A stretch of DNA of 32,000 bases from an archaeon (GTDB taxonomy: Archaea > Iainarchaeota > Iainarchaeia > Iainarchaeales > 1-14-0-10-31-34): NCBI GenBank assembly GCA_024277355.1, contig JAJRVL010000005.1, forward strand, positions 30,001 to 62,000, written 5' to 3'. Shown piece by piece: positions 24,123 to 32,000 of the stretch. The notes beneath the pieces are model-generated. The model was not told where the DNA came from and made no database searches. It saw nothing but the letters and a program-made list of their open reading frames with translations. Position numbers and translations under genes: made by a program. How positions within the stretch are numbered: the first letter of the stretch is position 1; every line of letters begins with the position of its first letter.

Positions 24123-24836
24123 TCACCTTAATTCTATTTCTGCTTTTTTTTCTCCTATAATAAACACGTTTGAAGCTGTTGTTCTGAAATTTTTTTCTTT
24201 TGTTTTTAGCTTTATTGTTTTATCTCTGTTGATTGAACCTTTAATTATTTCTTCTATTTCTGCTGTTTCGCCTGAATGGCTTCCGCCTGTAACATAAACA
24301 AGACTTCCTTTTTTTTCTGCTAATTTTTCAATAATTTTTTGTTCTGGAAGAGAAATTTTTATGGTATCTCCTACTTTTAATTCTGTTTTATTTTCAATAA
24401 ATGTTCTTCCGTCATTTGTGTTTAATTGTATTTTTTTTCCTTTCATTTTTTTTCCTGTTATTTTGCATAATTTTGTTGCTTTGCTTTCTTCTGTTTTTAT
24501 TGGTTTAAGTCTTCCTTTTGAATCCAAAACCATTCTAAAATTTTCTTTTGAATCTTCAATTGAAATTAAGTCAAATAAGCCTACTGGGAATTTAATGTCT
24601 TTTCTTATTTTTTGGTCAATTTTTATTTTTTCGTGGTTTAGAATTATTTTTGTTTCTTTGTTGTTTGTTGAGATTTCAAGTAAATCTCTTACTAAAAATC
24701 CTAAAGGAATTGATTGTGATGCATTATGAGGGCCTGCTTTTAATTTGATTGTAAACTTGTTTTCTTTTCTTTTAATGTTTCTGCTTTTATGGACTGAAAG
24801 TCTTTTTTCTTTTCTTGGAGCTCCTTTTTTTGCCAT
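24123..24836 (-). CDS. rps4e: ribosomal protein S4e (eS4)
   Basis: KGAPRKEKRLSV...GPHNASQSIPLGFLVRDLL...VGDTIKISLPEQKI...VTGGSHSGETAEI signature. Confidence 0.92.
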   Translation of the reverse strand: MAKKGAPRKEKRLSVHKSRNIKRKENKFTIKLKAGPHNASQSIPLGFLVRDLLEISTNNKETKIILNHEKIKIDQKIRKDIKFPVGLFDLISIEDSKENFRMVLDSKGRLKPIKTEESKATKLCKITGKKMKGKKIQLNTNDGRTFIENKTELKVGDTIKISLPEQKIIEKLAEKKGSLVYVTGGSHSGETAEIEEIIKGSINRDKTIKLKTKEKNFRTTASNVFIIGEKKAEIELR

Positions 24837-25292
24837 TTATTTTCCCTCCTTTGCTTCTGTTTTTTCTTTAACTTCTTTTTTAATTTCTTCTGTCTTTTTT
24901 ATTTCTTTTTTTGGTTCAGTTTTTGTTTCTTCTTTTTTTGCTTTTATTCCTGTTCTTTTGAATCTTTTTTCGTCTTTTCTTTCAATTTCTGTTATTAATA
25001 AATTACTTGCTTTAATTGGAATTAATTTTTCTGTTCCGTCTGCTTTTTTTCTTGTAATTTTGTCTATGAATACTTTTGCTTTTTTGTGGTCTACTTTGAC
25101 TATTTTTCCTTCTTTTTTCTTGTGTGTTCCTCTCATGATTTTTATTTTATCTCCTGTTCTGATAATCATGCTTCTTTTTCCTGTTTCTTTTCTTAATTCT
25201 TTGCTTAAGTGAGAGGTTAATACATTTTTTCTTTCATGCATTTTTCCTTTATATAATCTTTTTCTTTGTTTTGAAGGTTTTTTTGTTTTCAT
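24837..25292 (-). CDS. rpl24: ribosomal protein L24 (uL24) with K/E-rich C-terminal tail
   Basis: KOW motif RTGDKIKIMRGTHKKKEGKIVKVD; tail KAKKEETKTEPKKEIKKTEEIKKEVKEKTEAKEGK. Confidence 0.92.
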   Translation of the reverse strand: MKTKKPSKQRKRLYKGKMHERKNVLTSHLSKELRKETGKRSMIIRTGDKIKIMRGTHKKKEGKIVKVDHKKAKVFIDKITRKKADGTEKLIPIKASNLLITEIERKDEKRFKRTGIKAKKEETKTEPKKEIKKTEEIKKEVKEKTEAKEGK

Positions 25293-25303
25293 TTTTAATC
25301 ACT

Positions 25304-25702
25304 TTAAACTATTCCTTGGGCTATTCCTGCTACTTTAGGCCATCTTTCTCCTACTTCTTTTGCTACTACTCCTTTAATATCTGAAGCTTTAGGCAAACCT
25401 TTATCATCAACTAATACTACTGCATTATCTTCAAACTTTATTCTTGTTCCGTTTTTTCTTCTGTATTCTTTTTTTACTCTGATTACTACTGCTCTTTCAA
25501 CTTTTTTTCTTATTTCTGGTTTTCCTTTTTTTACTACTACATTAACCATGTCTGCAATTCCTGCTTTTTGTGACATTCTTTTTCTTGATTTAAAGTTAAA
25601 TGCTGTGATAATTTCTACTATTTTTGCTCCGCTGTTGTCTGCACAAACACATTTTGTTTTTTGTGTTAATCCTTTTGTTGGAGTTGCATTAATTGCTTTC
25701 AT
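25304..25702 (-). CDS. rpl14: ribosomal protein L14 (uL14)
   Basis: CADNSGAKIVEIITAF...AVVIRVKKEYRRKNGTRIKFEDNAVVLV signature. Confidence 0.93.
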   Translation of the reverse strand: MKAINATPTKGLTQKTKCVCADNSGAKIVEIITAFNFKSRKRMSQKAGIADMVNVVVKKGKPEIRKKVERAVVIRVKKEYRRKNGTRIKFEDNAVVLVDDKGLPKASDIKGVVAKEVGERWPKVAGIAQGIV

Positions 25703-25988
25703 TTTTTTCTACCTCTAATACCACAAAACTTTTTGTTTTGCTTAATTTTCTTGTTTCTCCTATTTTTATTGTGTCTCCTTCTTTTGCATTAATACATTCA
25801 GGATTGTGTGCTGCAATTTTTGATTTTGTTTTTTTGTATCTTTCATATTTTGGTACTTTTTTTGTAATTATTCTTTCAATTATTACTGTTTTATGCGGTT
25901 TACTGCTTGTAACTATTCCAGTGAATACATTTCCTCTTACTTTAATGCTTCCGTGTTTTGCACATTTTTTGTCATTGCATTTAGTCAT
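25689..25988 (-). CDS. rps17: ribosomal protein S17 (uS17)
   Basis: RGNVFTGIVTSSKPHKTVIIE...HNPECINAKEGDTIKIGETRKLSKTKSF signature; GGAGGA SD. Confidence 0.92.
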   Translation of the reverse strand: MTKCNDKKCAKHGSIKVRGNVFTGIVTSSKPHKTVIIERIITKKVPKYERYKKTKSKIAAHNPECINAKEGDTIKIGETRKLSKTKSFVVLEVEKNESN

Positions 25989-26277
25989 TTTTTTTCCTCC
26001 AGAGCATTTTTATTCTGTCTTCTGGTTTAAACATGATTTTTTTTCCCTCAATTTTTATTTTTTTTTCTTTTATTTGAAATTCAATTTCAATTTCTTTTTT
26101 TGGTATTTTTTTTTCTCCTTTTTTTGTTTCTAAAACAAATAAATTTTTTGTTTCTTTTATTATTTTTCCTGTAATTTTTTTTGTTTTGTCAGTGCTTTTT
26201 ATTATTTTTACTTTTAGTCCGTTTAATTCATGCATTTTAATATTTTCTTTTGTTATTGAATATTTTTTTTCAAACAT
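25981..26277 (-). CDS. rnp1: RNase P protein component 1 (Rpp29/Pop4)
   Basis: ELNGLKVKIIKSTDKTKKITGKIIKETKNLFVLET..GEKKIPKKE...KPEDRIK signature, in the canonical position between aIF1/L29 and S17. The track start at 26280 is TTG; ATG 26277 is preferred. Confidence 0.85.
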   Translation of the reverse strand: MFEKKYSITKENIKMHELNGLKVKIIKSTDKTKKITGKIIKETKNLFVLETKKGEKKIPKKEIEIEFQIKEKKIKIEGKKIMFKPEDRIKMLWRKKND

Positions 26278-26572
26278 CAATTAATTCCTCTTTAAATCCC
26301 TGTTCTAATAAAACTTTTTTGATGTTTTTTTTATGATTTCCCTGCAGTTCTATTTTATTGCCTTTTACGGTTCCTCCGCAGGCAAATTTCTTTTTAAGAA
26401 CTTTTTCCAAATTTTTTGCAGTTTCATGATCTTCTAAACCCTGAATTATTGTAATCCATTTTCTGAATTTTACTTTTTTTAGAATTACATTGATTCGCTG
26501 GCTTTCCTTTGATATTTCTTCGCATGCGCATAAGTTTTTAGGCAGTCCGCATGTCTGGCATACTTCATTCAT
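26270..26572 (-). CDS. sui1: translation initiation factor aIF1 (SUI1)
   Basis: N-terminal CQTCGLPKNLCAC zinc knuckle plus the SUI1 core ITIIQGLEDHE...LKKKFACGGTVKGNKIELQGNH. Confidence 0.9.
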   Translation of the reverse strand: MNEVCQTCGLPKNLCACEEISKESQRINVILKKVKFRKWITIIQGLEDHETAKNLEKVLKKKFACGGTVKGNKIELQGNHKKNIKKVLLEQGFKEELIDV

Positions 26573-26820
26573 TTTTCTTTTTTACCTCCTTTTTTTGTTT
26601 CTTTATTTTTTTCTGTTTTTTTTATTTTTTTTTCAGTTATTACTGTAAATGTTCTTGCGATTTCCCTTCTGATTTTTTTTATTTTTCCTGGGTTTTCTGC
26701 TTTTGTTCCTGAACTTATTTGAGCTTTTTCTTTTGATAAATCATTTTTCATTGAAACAATTTTTTCTTCTAATTCTTCTATTGGAAGTTCCCGTAATTCT
26801 TTTGCTTTTATTGCAGTCAT
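26569..26820 (-). CDS. rpl29: ribosomal protein L29 (uL29) with short K-rich tail
   Basis: KAKELRELPIEELEEKIVSMKNDL...KIKKIRREIARTFTV signature. Confidence 0.9.
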   Translation of the reverse strand: MTAIKAKELRELPIEELEEKIVSMKNDLSKEKAQISSGTKAENPGKIKKIRREIARTFTVITEKKIKKTEKNKETKKGGKKEK

Positions 26821-27671
26821 TTCTTCACTTCCTTATCTTCGCTTTTTTGTTTCTTTTCTTCATTAACTTCTTCCTTTTTGTTTTCTTTTTCTTCTATTTT
26901 TTCAGTTTTTTTGTTTTTCTTTTCTTTTTCCTTTTTAGGTTCTTTTTCTTCCTTTTTTTTATCTTCAGTTTTTTCTTTTTTTTCTGTTTTAGTTTCTTCT
27001 TTTTTACTTTCTTTTGTTTCTTCTGTTTTTTCTTCTTTATCTTCTTCTTTTGTTTCTTTTTTCTTTCTGTTTTCAAGTATTTCTATTATATTAATTTTAT
27101 CTGGGAATACGGTTTCTGGTTTAACTATTCTTACTTTTACTCCTATTGTTCCAAATTTTGCTTTTGCTGGTGCAACTCCATAATCAACTAATTTTGCTTG
27201 TTCTCCGATTTTTTTCATATATCCTTCGGCTATTCTTTGTTTTCTTTTTCTTACTCCTTTTCCGCCTAACGCGCCTGATAATACTATTTCTACTCCTTGT
27301 GCGCCTGCTGTTCTAATATCTTTTAATGTTCTGTAAACAATGCTTCTCCAGCTGAAACCTCTTCCAATTAAACTTGAAATTTTATCTGCCATTGCCTGTG
27401 CGTCTAATTCCGGAACTGTTATTTCTTTTATTTCAATTTGAGGATTTTCTATTTTAAATTTTTCTTCTAAAATTTTAGTTAATTTTTTTATGTTTGTTCC
27501 TCCTTTTCCTATTGCTAATCCTGGGTGAGTTACATTTAACACTATTCTTGTTACTAAAGGAGTCTTTACAGTTTCTAATTTTGTAAAACCTGCTTTAACT
27601 AATTCTTTTCTTAAATAATTTTCTATTTCTATTTTTTTTATTCCTTGTTTGATAAATGTTCTTTCAATCAT
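26817..27671 (-). CDS. rps3: ribosomal protein S3 (uS3) with ~80-aa K/E-rich C-terminal tail
   Basis: KH domain (VTHPGLAIGKGGTNIKKL) and C-domain (GAQGVEIVLSGALGG.G..R) signatures. The tail is KKKETKEEDKEEKTEE...KSEDKEVKK. Confidence 0.93.
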   Translation of the reverse strand: MIERTFIKQGIKKIEIENYLRKELVKAGFTKLETVKTPLVTRIVLNVTHPGLAIGKGGTNIKKLTKILEEKFKIENPQIEIKEITVPELDAQAMADKISSLIGRGFSWRSIVYRTLKDIRTAGAQGVEIVLSGALGGKGVRKRKQRIAEGYMKKIGEQAKLVDYGVAPAKAKFGTIGVKVRIVKPETVFPDKINIIEILENRKKKETKEEDKEEKTEETKESKKEETKTEKKEKTEDKKKEEKEPKKEKEKKNKKTEKIEEKENKKEEVNEEKKQKSEDKEVKK

Positions 27672-28145
27672 TTATTTTCCCTCTTGTAATACTATTTCAA
27701 TATGAGCTGATTTTTTGTTTCTTGGTTTTCCGCCAATTTTTCCTTTTGGCTGGTGGCCTACTTTTGAGTAACCCATTGAAGCAAAACCGTGTTTTATAAA
27801 TAATTTTTCTATGTCTAATCCTTTGTAGTCTGCGTTTGCTTTTGCACTTTCAATTAATTCAAAGAAAGCTTTTGCAACTTTTTCAGGATATCTGCCTGTC
27901 TTTGTTCCTGATTTTGAATCTCCTTTTCTATGTGCTATTTTTTTTACGTATTTTTTTAAAGGCAAAAATTCTTTTTTATCTAAAATATTTTGCAGGAATT
28001 CTTGTGCTCTTTTTACTTTCATTCCTTTAATTTCTCTTATTAATTCTGTTGCATACTTAAGTGAAATATTGGCGTTTTTTTTGATTGCTTTTGCACTTAT
28101 TTTGGCTTTTATTTTTTCCTGAATGTTGTATGTTTTTTTTACCAT
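27672..28145 (-). CDS. rpl22: ribosomal protein L22 (uL22)
   Basis: ANISLKYATELIREIKGMKVKRAQEFL...YPEKVAKAF..LIESAKANA signature. Confidence 0.92.
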   Translation of the reverse strand: MVKKTYNIQEKIKAKISAKAIKKNANISLKYATELIREIKGMKVKRAQEFLQNILDKKEFLPLKKYVKKIAHRKGDSKSGTKTGRYPEKVAKAFFELIESAKANADYKGLDIEKLFIKHGFASMGYSKVGHQPKGKIGGKPRNKKSAHIEIVLQEGK

Positions 28146-28149
28146 TTTA

Positions 28150-28551
28150 TCACTTTCTTGCTGTTATTGCAGTGCTTGATTTTGTTGCTCCAATTCCTGC
28201 TTTTCCATGCATTAATCTTTTTCTTGTAAGTACTAATTCTCCTAAATAATGACTTATCATTTCTGGAATTATTTCTTTTACTTCAAATTCTTTTCCGTTA
28301 TATATTGCAAATTTTAATCCAATCATTTTTGGAATTATTATTGTGTCTCTGAAATGAGTTCTTATTGGTTTTGGTTCTCTTCCTGTTTCTTTTACTTTCA
28401 TTGCTTTTTCTATTTTTTTATCTAATTTTTTGTTTTGGTTTCTTTTCAGGCTTCTTTTGGCTCTTGAGTCAACTATTTGTGCAAATTCTTCTGTGCTTAA
28501 TTTTTGCAGTTCTTCTATTGTTTTTCCTTTAAATAAAAATTCTTTTGCCAT
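28150..28551 (-). CDS. rps19: ribosomal protein S19 (uS19)
   Basis: RTHFRDTIIIPKMIGLKFAIYNGKEF..V.I.PEMISHYLGELVLTRK signature. Confidence 0.93.
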   Translation of the reverse strand: MAKEFLFKGKTIEELQKLSTEEFAQIVDSRAKRSLKRNQNKKLDKKIEKAMKVKETGREPKPIRTHFRDTIIIPKMIGLKFAIYNGKEFEVKEIIPEMISHYLGELVLTRKRLMHGKAGIGATKSSTAITARK

Positions 28552-28556
28552 TTAAT

Positions 28557-29279
28557 TCACCTTTTTTTCCTTCCTGTTCTTGATGATGCAATTGCTCCGA
28601 CTTTTCTTCCTGGAGGTGCATTTCTTGAAGTACTTTTACTTTTTCCAGGATGGTGCTGGCTTCCTCCAAATGGATGTGCATTTGGATTCATTGCAACTCC
28701 TCTTACTGTTGGATATTGTTTCTTTTTTGATTTCATTAAATGATAAGCATTTCCTGCTTTTACAAAAGGTTTTTCTTTTCTTCCTCCGCCTGCAACACAA
28801 CCAATTGTTGCTCTGCATTCAGGTAAAAATGAAGTTTTTTTTCCTGATGGAAGTTTTAAGTAAATGTTTTTTTCGTCTTTTGATAATATTATTGCATAAC
28901 TTCCTGCTGTTCTGATTAATTTTCCGCCGTCTCCTGGAGTTAATTCAATATTAAATATAGGGCACCCTTCTGGTAATTTTTTTAATGGAAGAACATTTCC
29001 TAATCCTATTTCTGCGTTTTTTCCATATTCTATTTTTTGTCCTGTAATTATTCCTTCTGCTGCATAAACAATTATGTTTGAATTGTCTTCAAAACTTATT
29101 TCAGCTAAAATTCCTGTTTTTCCTCTGTCTCTTAATATGCCTGTTATTTCTCCTGTTAATTTCCCTGTTTTTTGTTTGTCGTCATAAGAAATATATTTTA
29201 TTTTATGTTTTGCTCTGTGTGTTGCTCTGTGTTTTGGAGAACCTTTTCCTGCTCTTTGAGTTTTAATTCTGTTAGGCAT
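28557..29279 (-). CDS. rpl2: ribosomal protein L2 (uL2)
   Basis: PEGCPIFNIELTPGDGGKLIRTAGSYA...VRGVAMNPNAHPFGGSQHHPGKS signature. Confidence 0.95.
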   Translation of the reverse strand: MPNRIKTQRAGKGSPKHRATHRAKHKIKYISYDDKQKTGKLTGEITGILRDRGKTGILAEISFEDNSNIIVYAAEGIITGQKIEYGKNAEIGLGNVLPLKKLPEGCPIFNIELTPGDGGKLIRTAGSYAIILSKDEKNIYLKLPSGKKTSFLPECRATIGCVAGGGRKEKPFVKAGNAYHLMKSKKKQYPTVRGVAMNPNAHPFGGSQHHPGKSKSTSRNAPPGRKVGAIASSRTGRKKR

Positions 29280-29284
29280 TTAAA

Positions 29285-29554
29285 TCATAATACTCCTAAT
29301 TTTATTGCAATGTCGCCTGCTTTAAATTCTTTTGCAAGTTTAACTATTGCTTTTTTTCTTCCTTTTCTGTCTCTTATAATTCTTACTTTTTCTGTTTTTA
29401 CTTTGTATACTCTTTCAATTGTTTTTTTTATATCCTGCTTGTTTGCTTTGTCATTTACAATAAAACAGATTTTGTTTTCTGCTTCAATTAAATTTACTGC
29501 TTTCTCTGAAATTAATGGATGAATAATTATTTCATAATCTTTTAATTCTGTCAT
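29285..29554 (-). CDS. rpl23: ribosomal protein L23 (uL23)
   Basis: [49 protein letters not shown] signature. The ATG at 29554 overlaps the rpl4 stop (ATGA). The 14-aa upstream extension in the track lies inside rpl4 and is rejected. Confidence 0.9.
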   Translation of the reverse strand: MTELKDYEIIIHPLISEKAVNLIEAENKICFIVNDKANKQDIKKTIERVYKVKTEKVRIIRDRKGRKKAIVKLAKEFKAGDIAIKLGVL

Positions 29555-30351
29555 TTTACCCTTTCCTTTAATTCTTGTATTGCATTTTCTGTCCATAAAG
29601 TAAGTCTTCCGGCTTTTGTTCCTGGAGCAAGTAATTTTGTATTTAATTTTTTTGCGTTGATTATATCTATTCCTTCAATGTTTCTTGCTGCAATCAAACT
29701 TTTGTTTCCTGTTACAATCAAAACACTTTTTGCTCTTTTGTATCTTCTTCCTCTTTTTTTTCCTTTTCCTGCTCTTGTTGTTTTTCTTTTTTTTGCTCTT
29801 AAAATATCATTCCATAATTTTAAATTTTTTAATACTTCGCTTACTTCTTTGGTTTTGTTTATTTTTTCAAATGAATTTTCAATTACTATTGGGAATTCAA
29901 CTTCTTCTACTTTGTGTCCTCTTTTTGTTACTAATTCTTTTGAGGCTGTTGCAGCTATTGCGGATTCAAATGCCTTTCTTTTTTCTTTTTTGTTTATCTT
30001 TTCTTTTATTTTTTTTTCTACCATTGGAGGAAAAGCTTTTGGTCCTGTTACTGCTCCTGAAATTCCTGCTACTCTTCCTGATAATAAATGTCTTTTTTCT
30101 TTTGTTCTTGGTCTTCTTGCTCTTCCTGTGTTAATGCTTCTTCCTGAAGCAGGATAAGCTCTTGCACCAATATATACCGCAGTTGTTTTTCTTCCTGCTC
30201 TTATATCTGAACCTTTTTTCTGGAATGAATTTGATTCAATTGATAAAACATCTCTTTTAATTAAGTCAGGATTGTATTCTGAATCAAATACTTTTGGAAG
30301 TTCTATTTCCTTGACTTTTTTTCCTTCAACTGAAACAACGTTTGCTTTCAT
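29551..30351 (-). CDS. rpl4: ribosomal protein L4 (uL4)
   Basis: [44 protein letters not shown] and downstream archaeal L4 core; GTGAT SD. Confidence 0.92.
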   Translation of the reverse strand: MKANVVSVEGKKVKEIELPKVFDSEYNPDLIKRDVLSIESNSFQKKGSDIRAGRKTTAVYIGARAYPASGRSINTGRARRPRTKEKRHLLSGRVAGISGAVTGPKAFPPMVEKKIKEKINKKEKRKAFESAIAATASKELVTKRGHKVEEVEFPIVIENSFEKINKTKEVSEVLKNLKLWNDILRAKKRKTTRAGKGKKRGRRYKRAKSVLIVTGNKSLIAARNIEGIDIINAKKLNTKLLAPGTKAGRLTLWTENAIQELKERVK

Positions 30352-30355
30352 TTAA

Positions 30356-31318
30356 TCACTTTATTATATTTACATCCACTACTTTCATTGTTTTTGCTTT
30401 TGTTTTTCTTATATTATGTCTTAATGCAATGCATCTTTTTGGTGTTCCTGGAATGCTTCCTGCAAGTAAAATATAATCATTTTTTATTTTTCCGTAATTT
30501 TTTAATTCATTTAAGTCTTTTCCTTCGCCGACTAAAAGAATTTTTTTGTTATATTCTGTTCTTGTATGGTAACCCATTTGTCCTGGTCTTGCTACAGTAT
30601 ACATTACTGTTGCTGGAGTCCAAGGAGAAATTGAACCAACAGCTCTTCTCTTTTTTGCTTTTGGTCTTTCCATTTTTACGCCAAATCTTTTAATGACTCC
30701 TTGCATTCCTTTCCCTGTTGTTACTGCTTTAACATCAATAAATTGGTTTTCTTTTAATACGTCTTTTATTTTTAATTCTTTTCCTAATTTTTCTTTTGCA
30801 AACTCAAACTGCTTTTCTTTTTCACCTGATAATCTTACTTCACTTACATCAGGTTTTTTCTTTCCCATTCCTGTTTCATAAGGAGATGAATGAACTAATA
30901 AAGAAACATAAACTGCTTCACTTAATTTTTTTTCTAAATCTTCAACTGAATGTTTTTTCTTTTTTCTTGTAATACTTTTAATTTTTCTTTCTAAATGCTT
31001 GTTTGTTTTTTCAATTAAAACTTCTCCTAAAACTTTTTTTCCTGAAGTTGTTTTTTTGTATAATCTGATTCCAAAAACATTTAACACAGGGCATTCAATT
31101 ATTGTGGCTGAATAAACTCCTTCCTGTCCAAATCCAACTGATTTTTTTTGGTCATTTTTTGCTGTAACTGAAATCATTCCTGCTTTATAACCTAAAAAAT
31201 TTAATGGCTGGGTTTCTTTTAATTCAGGAAAAGTCTGGAAAGTAGGTGTTTCTTTTTTGGCTTTTTTTCTTGGATAATAAGCCATTGAACCTGAGTGCGG
31301 TTTATGTTTTTTTCCCAT
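30356..31318 (-). CDS. rpl3: ribosomal protein L3 (uL3)
   Basis: HKPHSGSMAYYPRKKA...FLGYKAGM...VTTGKGMQGVIKRFGV...PGQMGYHTRTEYNKKIL signature; CGTGAT SD. Confidence 0.93.
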   Translation of the reverse strand: MGKKHKPHSGSMAYYPRKKAKKETPTFQTFPELKETQPLNFLGYKAGMISVTAKNDQKKSVGFGQEGVYSATIIECPVLNVFGIRLYKKTTSGKKVLGEVLIEKTNKHLERKIKSITRKKKKHSVEDLEKKLSEAVYVSLLVHSSPYETGMGKKKPDVSEVRLSGEKEKQFEFAKEKLGKELKIKDVLKENQFIDVKAVTTGKGMQGVIKRFGVKMERPKAKKRRAVGSISPWTPATVMYTVARPGQMGYHTRTEYNKKILLVGEGKDLNELKNYGKIKNDYILLAGSIPGTPKRCIALRHNIRKTKAKTMKVVDVNIIK

Positions 31319-31470
31319 TAAATCACGTTTTTTTCCTTCAACATAAAGAATGCTGAAGTTTATACAGTGAAATCTGCTTTAAAAAAAACTAAGTTTCTTT
31401 TCTAGCATTTATGCTCCTTAGAGCACAGTCTACTATAATAAGTAGTAATACTATTTTCTGCTGTAAAACT

Positions 31471-31480
31471 TATTTAAAGC
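31471..31480 (-). promoter_or_regulatory. candidate TATA box (GCTTTAAATA on the minus strand) for the L3 operon
   Basis: AAAGCTTTAAATAAG lies just after the upstream gene's TAG and about 150 nt before the rpl3 ATG. A second A/T box (TTTTTTTTAAAG, about 31376-31390) is an alternative. Confidence 0.3.
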
Positions 31481-31483
31481 TTT

Positions 31484-32000
31484 CTATTGCTTTTTCACAA
31501 GCATTACTACTATTATAATTATTATTGCAAGCAATCCAATTGTTACTGCTGCATTTTGTCCTAATGAAATTAACGCTGTTGCTGCTCCTATTTCTTTTGT
31601 TTCTGATTTAGTGTTAATTTCTTTGCCATTATCAAGAACAAATGAAACAGGAATTTCTTTTTCTGTTCCATTTGTTTTTAATTTAAAGAATACTTCTTTT
31701 GTTTCTCCTGCTTTAACTTCCACTTTAGTGTTTCCTTCTAGTGTCCATTCTTCTGGAATTTCAACAATCAAATTTCCATTGATTCCTTCTGCTGTTTCAT
31801 TTTCAATTGTTATTTTTAATTCTGTTTCATTAAATACTTTTTTTGTTGTTTCAGCGGAAATTTTTATTTCTTTTTCTTCAACAATTAATTCTATTGCTTT
31901 TTCAATTCTTTTTCCTGCTGATTCAACTACAAGAACTGCATTATATTTTCCTGAATTTTCTGCTTTAATTTCAATGCTTATTGTTCTATTTGAATTAGCC
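31484..32000 (-). CDS. C-terminal part of a membrane-anchored surface protein (5' end off window)
   Basis: The frame is open from position 31999 down to TAG 31484-31486; the track's M at 31771 is an internal TTG. There are repeated beta-strand-like segments (ISIEIKAENSGKYNAVLVVES; VEVKAGETKEVFFKLK). The C-terminal hydrophobic helix AVTIGLLAIIIIIVVMLV is followed by KKQ. Confidence 0.6.
   Translation of the reverse strand, partial: ANSNRTISIEIKAENSGKYNAVLVVESAGKRIEKAIELIVEEKEIKISAETTKKVFNETELKITIENETAEGINGNLIVEIPEEWTLEGNTKVEVKAGETKEVFFKLKTNGTEKEIPVSFVLDNGKEINTKSETKEIGAATALISLGQNAAVTIGLLAIIIIIVVMLVKKQ

Noticed and set aside
26894-27076. Minus-strand 60-aa poly-Lys ORF (MKTERKKKQKKKIKKKK...) and the 28636..28818 minus-strand ORF.
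   Set aside because: These are out-of-frame readings inside the rps3 K/E tail and inside rpl2. They are low-complexity artefacts, not independent genes.
26703-27191. Long plus-strand ORFs rich in F/L/S/C. Examples: 26703..27191, 20017..20589, 15849..16346, 12572..13081, 24745..25212, 29657..30157 and many shorter ones.
   Set aside because: They are antisense shadows of K/E/A-rich minus-strand genes, because AAA/GAA codons read as TTT/TTC on the other strand. They have no SD and implausible composition, and every one overlaps a confidently identified gene.
29555-29596. N-terminal extensions in the ORF track starting at GTG/TTG. Affected genes: L23 at 29596, S8 at 23474, L34e at 17300, DUF106 at 17761, aIF2-gamma at 2000, PIN at 817, TrmB at 9616 and Rpp29 at 26280.
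   Set aside because: In most cases (S8, L34e, DUF106, aIF2-gamma) the alternative start is the GTG of the GGTGA-type SD itself, and an ATG with correct spacing follows. The L23 extension lies inside rpl4. For PIN, TrmB and Rpp29 the track start is a TTG just upstream of an ATG. The family N-termini fit the shorter forms.

Overview
Very AT-rich archaeal sequence. It is almost entirely one co-directional minus-strand block of core translation and transcription genes. From the high-coordinate end: a partial membrane-anchored surface protein, then the archaeal L3-L4-L23-L2-S19-L22-S3-L29-aIF1-Rpp29-S17-L14-L24-S4e-L5-S14-S8-L6-L32e-L19e-L18-S5-L30-L15-SecY cluster. Next come DUF106, L34e, a frameshifted cmk and L14e, then S13-S4-S11-RpoD-tRNA-Leu-L18e-L13-S9-RpoN-S2. 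These are followed by a Memo-like protein, type-2 IPP isomerase, a TrmB regulator and an archaeal GluRS broken by one in-frame stop. One orphan plus-strand gene follows. The window ends with L7Ae-S28e-L24e-Ndk-Dut-aIF5B-S6e-aIF2gamma-PIN-Rpo7. The archaeal-only r-proteins, compact overlapping genes, missing adk and mevalonate genes, and decaying cmk suggest a reduced (DPANN-like) archaeon; this is inference only. All calls rest on manual translation and remembered family motifs, and no database search was run. Three genes missing from the ORF track were recovered by hand: Rpo7 (partial), L14e (58 aa) and S14 (44 aa). Several track ORFs start at GTG/TTG codons that are probably just upstream of the real ATG. 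No CRISPR, mobile element or defence system is visible. Main points of interest: (1) a split or nonsense-interrupted GluRS; (2) an unannotated GC-rich structured RNA between S28e and L24e; (3) K/E-rich tails on many r-proteins, including a 104-nt cassette shared at DNA level by the S9 and L32e genes; (4) a very basic orphan protein on the opposite strand; (5) a cmk gene that needs a -1 shift on an A8 tract; (6) an intron-containing tRNA-Leu(UAA).
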